Shown piece by piece: positions 58,001 through 64,000 of a stretch of DNA of 64,000 nt. This DNA comes from Rebecca billardiae RCC1528. Its lineage: Eukaryota > Protista > Haptophyta. The position numbers and the translations under genes were made by a program. The notes beneath the pieces were generated by a model, which had not been told where the DNA came from, searched no databases, and saw only the letters and a list, made by a program, of their open reading frames with translations. The stretch is taken from contig OZ251228.1 in the NCBI GenBank assembly GCA_965240325.2, forward strand, positions 1,798,001 to 1,862,000. Reading direction: 5' to 3'. Position 1 is the first letter of the stretch. Each line of letters begins with the position of its first letter.

Positions 58001-58306
58001 GCGGGGGACGCCTCGCGCGACGAGGCCGAGCGCCTCGCGCGCAGGCGCCGCCACCGCGAGCACGAGGCGGTGCGCGAGGCGAAGGCGGCGCTCAAGCAGC
58101 CGTACGCGTCGGGACGGCTCGCGCGCGAAGGCTTCAAAGCGGCCGTCCTCGCGGTCGTCGAGCGCTGGGCGGCGGTGGAGAGCGAGCGGGCGAGCGAGGC
58201 GGCGCAGCTGCCGCCGCCGTCGCTCACGGCGGAGGAGAGGCGGCAGGTCGCCCGCTGGGCGGTGCAGCACGCCACATCTAGAGGGGGTGTGAGGGACTGG
58301 CCGTGA
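54086..58306 (+). CDS. Large low-complexity protein with N-terminal GNAT-like acetyltransferase domain and C-terminal SRI-like domain
   Basis: IVLDVLAMAV...GRGHGTRLVNALK (GNAT motif A) and ALAFWARQGL (motif B) joined across in-frame intron 54623-54766. C-terminal AVREAKAALKQPYASGRLAREGFKAAVLAVVER. Confidence 0.65.
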
Positions 58307-58482
58307 GTGATGCGCCCGCCATGCTGATGCGTTGAGTGACGACCCCCAGACCCGGACTGTCAGGAGCCGAGCCGCGCCGGCGGGCCGGGCGGCGTCGCCC
58401 GACCCCGGACTCTCATCGCACACGTGCGAAGCCGAGAAGGACGGCAGTCGGCAGGCCGCCTGGCACGTGCTTTGCAATCATC

Positions 58483-60216
58483 ATGATGGGGGGTCGCGGC
58501 CTTCTCGCCCTCTCGCTGCTTGCGGCGCCGGCAGCAGCATTCAGCGTGGTGGGCGGCGGGGTGCGGTGCGTCGCGCCGACGCGCCTCGCCCGCTCCGCTT
58601 TCGTGGCGATGAGCGACGAGGAGGCAGCTGCGCCGACGGTGACCGCAGACGCGCCCGTTGACGACGGAGCGGTGGTCTCCGAGGAGCAGATTGCAGAGGA
58701 GGTGGAGGTGAGCGATGACGAGGCGCGTGCGCTGTCGAAGACGCACACGAACAAGCGCAAGAAGCGCGCCGAGCCCACCGTCGACCTCGCCGACCTCGAG
58801 GTCGGCTCGACCGTCGAGGGCGTCGTCCGCAACATCGTGTCGTATGGTGCGTTCGTCGACATCGGCGCGCCCAAGGACGGGATGCTGCACGTGTCGGACA
58901 TCTCGAACGAGTTCGTGTCGGACATCGCCGAGGTGCTCACAGTCGGTCAGACCATCTCCGCCCGCGTCAAGTCCGTCGACGAGGCGGCTGGTCGCTTTGC
59001 GCTCGTGATGAAAGAGGAGTCAGCCTCGGGCGGGCGGGGCGGCGGTGGCGGCGGCGGCGGCGGCGGCGGCGGCCAGCGGCGGGGCGGCGGGCGTGCGAAG
59101 GCCGACCTCTCCGCACTGCAGGAGTTCGACTCGAAGGCGGTCCTCAAGGGCACGGTGGTGTCCGTTCTCGACTTTGGCGCCTTCGTCTCGATCACGGTGC
59201 GCGGCGCCGCGCGGCCGCGAGCGCCGCGGGCGGCGCCGCCGCCGCGTCGCCTCGCCTCACCGCCCGCGCGCCCGCCCTCGCGCGTGCGCCGCGCTCGCCG
59301 CCGCGCAGACGGGCAGCGGGGACGATGTGGCGGCGTTCGACGGCCTCGTCCACATCTCGCAGCTGCAGGAGGCGCGCACTGAGAACGTGGGAGACGTTGT
59401 CTCTGTGGGCGACACGGTGCGTGCCTCTGCCTCCGCGGCCATCTGTGGGCCGCCCGCTCGCTCGCGCCGCCGGCCGCGGCGTCGAGGGAGGGGAGGGCTG
59501 CGAGTGGTCGCGCTCGCCGCAGCCCGGCGGCTGCGCACCGGCTCGCCGCCCGCGCCCTGCAGCGGCGCGAGTGTGCAGAGCCGGCGCGGGCGAGCAGTGC
59601 CCCCGCCGGGGTCCCACGCCCCCCAGGGCCACCCAGCGCCCTGGGGGCCCCTCGCCAGAGCCACGCCACGCGGCGGCACGCGAGCGCTCGGATACCGCCC
59701 CGCCCGCGAGGCGTGGGGGCGAGGCGCACGGCGCTCGCGCACACGGTGCAAGTGTGGGACGGGCCGTTCGCGCGCGCCGTGCGGACGCTCACGCCTGCGC
59801 CCAACCCCCTTTGCTCCACTTGCCCCTGTTGTTTGCTTCCCATCTCTTCTCCTCCACTTCTTCCTTGCATGTGTCTTGCTGCATGCGCACAGGTGGACGT
59901 CCGCATCATCGGCGTGGACATGGAGCGCCAGCGGGTCTCGCTCTCGATGCTGCCGTGGTCCGACCCGGCGGAGGCGCCGGCCAACAACGCGGGCGCGCCG
60001 GGCCGGCAGTCGGCAAACGGCCAGCGCGCGCCGCGCCAGCGCCGCTCGGACGACGCGCCCAAGTTCGACAACAACGACGTCTACCAGGGCGCGCGCGCGA
60101 TGATGGACGAGGACGAGGACGCGCCGACGCTCTTCGAACACGCGTGGGCAGAGGCGCAGCAAACGGCGGCGGCGAAGGGCGTGAGCCTGCCCTCGGAGCT
60201 GCTCGAGGAGGACTGA
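58483..60216 (+). CDS. Plastid-targeted double S1-domain RNA-binding protein (PSRP-7 / ribosomal S1-like)
   Basis: Bipartite leader with AAA-FSV cleavage motif. S1 domains GVVRNIVSYGAFVDIG..DGMLHVSDI and GTVVSVLDFGAFV...DGLVHISQL. Introns 59197-59308 and 59417-59892. Confidence 0.88.
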
Positions 60217-61031
60217 GCCGCACCGAGCCCTCGGACGCCCCTGCCGCCGCGCCCGCCCCGCCACGCCCGCGGCGGGCTCTGGGACCAGGGTCGGCGCGGC
60301 GGCGGCCGTCGGCGGTGGGCGCGGGCGGCGGCGCCTGCGCGCGCAGGGAGCCGCCGGGCGCGCGCGGGCTGCGAGTGCCCTGCTCGCTCGGCATCAACAG
60401 GCTGCTGCTGCAGACACAGTGTGAGTGTTGACAGGGCTCGCCCCGGCGATGTCGCGGCATCCGCTGCGCCGCGTGCCCGCCGTCACTACTACTCAACAGA
60501 CACTCAACAGACAATGGACAACTCGTCAGTCAGCGGTGAGCGCGACCGTTTAACGCTGCGACGACGGCCACGCGCAGCGGGCTGTCGTCTAGCTTAGAGG
60601 ACGATCACCCGACAGATGGGGCCGACACACACCAATTTAATAATATTTATAATATATATATATATAGTATAAATAATCTGAATACAACCCGGCACAGGTG
60701 GCATCAATGATCATCATGCACTAACTACTCACTACAGCGAAGGCCACGGGTGCCGATCACGATTAGTGACATGCATGATACTGTACCGTAGTGTCTGTGT
60801 ACGACTCAGTACGTACTGTCGCATCGGCGCCCAGTCGGAGAGTTTGGACGACGACGTTTTGTGGACGACTCCGGTGGGCGGCGAGGACCGGACGTGCGCT
60901 GGCGCGCCGCGAGGCGGCCGCAGCCCTCATCCAGGCCTCGCAGGCGGACGGCTGACTCGTGAACGAATCCGTTCCGACGACGGCGCTGCCATCGGCGACG
61001 GCTTCATGGGCGGTGACAGTTGGCGGGCGTC

Positions 61032-61086
61032 AATCTCGCCTGCCTGAGCTGTGTGCGTCTCTTATTAGTATTCTTAGCAAACTGTA
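61032..61086 (+). repeat. Dispersed repeat family R1, copy 3
   Basis: First 35 bp identical to 17200-17234; one 6-bp insertion. Confidence 0.85.
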
Positions 61087-61457
61087 ACTAGCAGTACTAG
61101 TAGTAGTGCGGTATTACGTATACGCCGGTATTATCCGCCATCCGCGGACACCCCGGCCCGCCGGGGCGGGGGGGCAGGCCGCTCGCGTCACTGGCCGCCG
61201 TCGGACCAATCCGGATTGACCGGCGAGTGACGGCGCAGTGTAACTGGCACCATGTCTCACTCTCAGTGTCAGTGAGTCACTCAGTCAGTCTGCTCACTGC
61301 TGCCAGACAGTAGCGTCGTACTACTCATTAAACTATTGATTAAAAATATAATCGATCGCGATGCAGGCGGAGCTCCAATGCCACCAACGCCGCCGACTTG
61401 TCTAACGATCGAGCACTCATTAATTATTCTATGGATTTCATGAATCATGATGACTGC

Positions 61458-61580
61458 TTAAATACGCAGGCACGAGGGCGCAGCTCTCCTGATTCGTCTG
61501 TCGTGGTATTCTATTTCTGCTCGAAGCTTGAGGCAGTGTGAGTGGTGGTGTGAGCACGTTGACGGTTGGTCGCCAGGGTT
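61458..61580 (-). repeat. Dispersed repeat family R2, copy 2
   Basis: Reverse-complement homologue of 7331-7438. Confidence 0.85.
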
Positions 61581-62578
61581 GATGTTGATAATGTTGTCGT
61601 CGTCGACGTCGAGTCCGGGCCCGGCAGGAAGTAGCCCGCAGTAGCGGTACCAAGTCAAACGGACGCGCGTGAGCATGTACATGTCGTCAAGGGTGTCGCC
61701 TACTTCAGCTGGTGGATGATGATACTAGAGTTGGCCTCTAGCTGTAGAGCTACCGTATGGCGGGCCGTAGGTCCGCCCCTTGTAGTGCCCGGGAAAAAGA
61801 AAAGAAAAGGAAAAGGAAAAATAAAATCGCCTGGCTAAAGAAGAAAATCGCGTCGCTCACTACCGGGCGCCCTCGCAGCTCCCACTGGGGACGCTCGGCC
61901 GAAAACAAACCACCGATGGCGCGGAGCGCGTGGACGGCGCGCGCCAAATCCAACGCCGGCGCGGACATCGTGCGAGGACTCCCGAGACGTGTTTTCGCCC
62001 GATTCGCGATTGCTGCCCTCGTCGTCTCGCGTGCAGGTCGAACGGGGGCCAAAGTCGACGCGTTTGGAGGTACGCTCGGGGCGTCGACACGATCGTGCGA
62101 TCTGGGGCGGTCCTCGCCCGACTTGCACGTCGAGCGCTCGCACCGGCCATAGTATCAAACGCTGCGCACGACAACCACCTCGCGCGATCCACCGCCGCGC
62201 GTCGGGCTCGGTGTGGAAAGGCCCTCATCACGAGGTGTCTCGCGGGCGGGAAGCGCCATCGCACGCAACGCAAGATTTGGCGCGGCCTTCTGAACTTGAT
62301 CTCCGGAATCCGCGCACCGGACTCAGTCGTCGCTCGCGGTCCCTCAGCCGATGCCCACGTCCGGCCTGCATGGCGTCGACGGTGACCAATGCGACGGAAG
62401 CGCAGCGCCAACGGCGTACGACGCGCAGCGGACGCACCTCCCGGGTCTGTCGCCGTGGCAGCAACCGCGTCTTCGCGAGTTGGCGACCCTCGCTGCAGCG
62501 TGACACAGACAAGCCCGTGATGCCATCCGCAGAGAGACGAAACGTCGAGCATGCAACATCGCCGCGCCATCCTCGTCC

Positions 62579-63140
62579 ATGGCGCAGGCGCTGCGGGACG
62601 AGGCGGACGTCGTCACGCCGGTGACGGATGCGCTGCGAATCGTGTGTTTGCTCGAGCAGTTCGTGCCCACTCTCGATCGCGAGGCACACGCTGTCGCTGT
62701 GCGCGCGCGCGCACAACCAACAGCTCCTCGTGCCGCCGAACACGCAGGCGCCAGACCTGTCGCACGAGGCGAAGAGCGACGACCGCGCGAACGTCAACGC
62801 GCTCGTGCTCAGCGTGGTAGCCGTGCACGACGTCAACGCGACCTGCGCCGAGCCCATCATGCCCGGAGCAGACATCGGCAAGCATCCTCGCGACGACCGC
62901 TCTCGGCTGGCGGCAGGAGGACATGCACACGATCTACTCTGGCGGCTTCGTCGGCGGCGACTGAGGCGCTCGATTACGCCATCGCGGTCGAGATGCGGCA
63001 CACACAGCGCGTACCCGCGCTCGCGCGGAGCAACGGGCAACCCGCCTCGCGCCGCGTGCTGCACATTCCCTCGTGGATGTGGGCCTCGCTGATGCGCACG
63101 GACGTGACACGTGTACTACGCCAGTGGGAGAACTTCAGGT
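62579..63140 (+). pseudogene. Fragmentary coding-like sequence (degenerate gene or transposon remnant)
   Basis: Protein-like pieces in different frames (MAQALRDEADVVTPVTDALRIVCLLEQF; RANVNALVLSVVAVHDVNA; EALDYAIAVEMRH; WMWASLMRTDVTRVLRQWENFR). No coherent gene model. Confidence 0.25.
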
Positions 63141-64000
63141 GTCACTGGGCCACTGGTCCGACTGTCCGTCACTACCCACGGCCACGAGCGCATGTGAAAA
63201 GACGCACGCAAACCCGCAGAGGAAACATTGCGACAGCACTGGCACGGCCCGCCGACACCCCCGCCCGCCAGGGCACAGTTTATTATTACTTTAATGAGTC
63301 GGTCGCAGTTTCAAGCCTTTCAAGGAGCGGCAAGACAGCTTGGCTGTTATTGCTGCCTCCGATTGACCAGGCGAAACGACAAAAGAAACGACACCGCTCG
63401 GGGGAACACATCGTCAACAGAAAGCCCGCCGCCGGCCGCCGCCCGCGCGCATCATCACGCACAGCGGGACGAAATGCAAGACGAGCGAGAAGACGAGCCC
63501 GTCTCGCCGGAGAGCCGTCCCCTGAAGCGCCTCCGCCGAGGCGCCGACGTCGGCCCGCCTGAGGACGTGCACACGGTTGAAGCCGCGCATAGCCGCCAGG
63601 AGCGCGTCTTTGCACGACGGCGCGATTCGGAGTCAGCGCGCGCGCTTGCTCTGCTTCGGGCTCAGCGTGAGGCTGGAGGCTCACAGCTGGCGGCCGCCCC
63701 TGCGCACGGGTCTGGTGACGATGAGCCAAGCGACGAGGAGCTGCCAGACGAGGATACTCTTCTGTCGTGTGCAGGCGGCACACCTACACGTCCGCGGCCC
63801 CTGAGTGGCGCTGGTGCTGCATTCACAACTCCAGACGACGGCGCGCGCGCGGCATCTCGCCGCCCGCCGCGCGCAGATGCCGCCCTGGACGAGGACGAGG
63901 TCGGCACGTTTGAGGAAGATGAAGTGTTCGTCCCTGACGCTCGCGAGCGCGAGGATGCGCTGCGCCGCTGGGCTCGCCACCCGTTTGCACACAACGCAGT

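Noticed and set aside
50641-61768. Shared 13-mer TATGGCGGGCCGT at 50641 and 61756
   Set aside because: Matches of this length are expected by chance in 64 kb, and the flanks do not align.

Overview
Very GC-rich, gene-dense eukaryotic DNA with short GC-rich introns (mostly GTGCG...CAG) and proteins carrying bipartite plastid-type leaders. This suggests an alga with a red-derived complex plastid, probably a haptophyte (inference). About 20 genes are supportable: an SGNH/PC-esterase-like protein, an Orai-like 4-TM protein, synaptojanin (SAC1 + inositol 5-phosphatase), a Y-family DNA polymerase, a Cys-rich surface protein, an EamA transporter, a sugar-phosphate isomerase/epimerase, condensin SMC4, a histidine phosphatase, F-box/RCC1, a PRISE-type reductase, GT8-like and GT47 glycosyltransferases, a GNAT + SRI-like protein and a plastid S1-domain protein. 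The most striking structure is an 8.86-kb array at 17387-26247 built as A-B-A-B-A-B-A (unit 2683 bp). Each 812-bp A module has its own 22-bp terminal inverted repeats, the whole array has TA on both flanks, and it sits 70 bp upstream of the polymerase ATG. Also present are a clean 742-bp TA-flanked MITE nested in a small dispersed repeat, other dispersed repeats, microsatellite blocks, and intergenic islands rich in TGA/TCA/TAG/CTA words. Exon boundaries were read by eye and no database searches were run.
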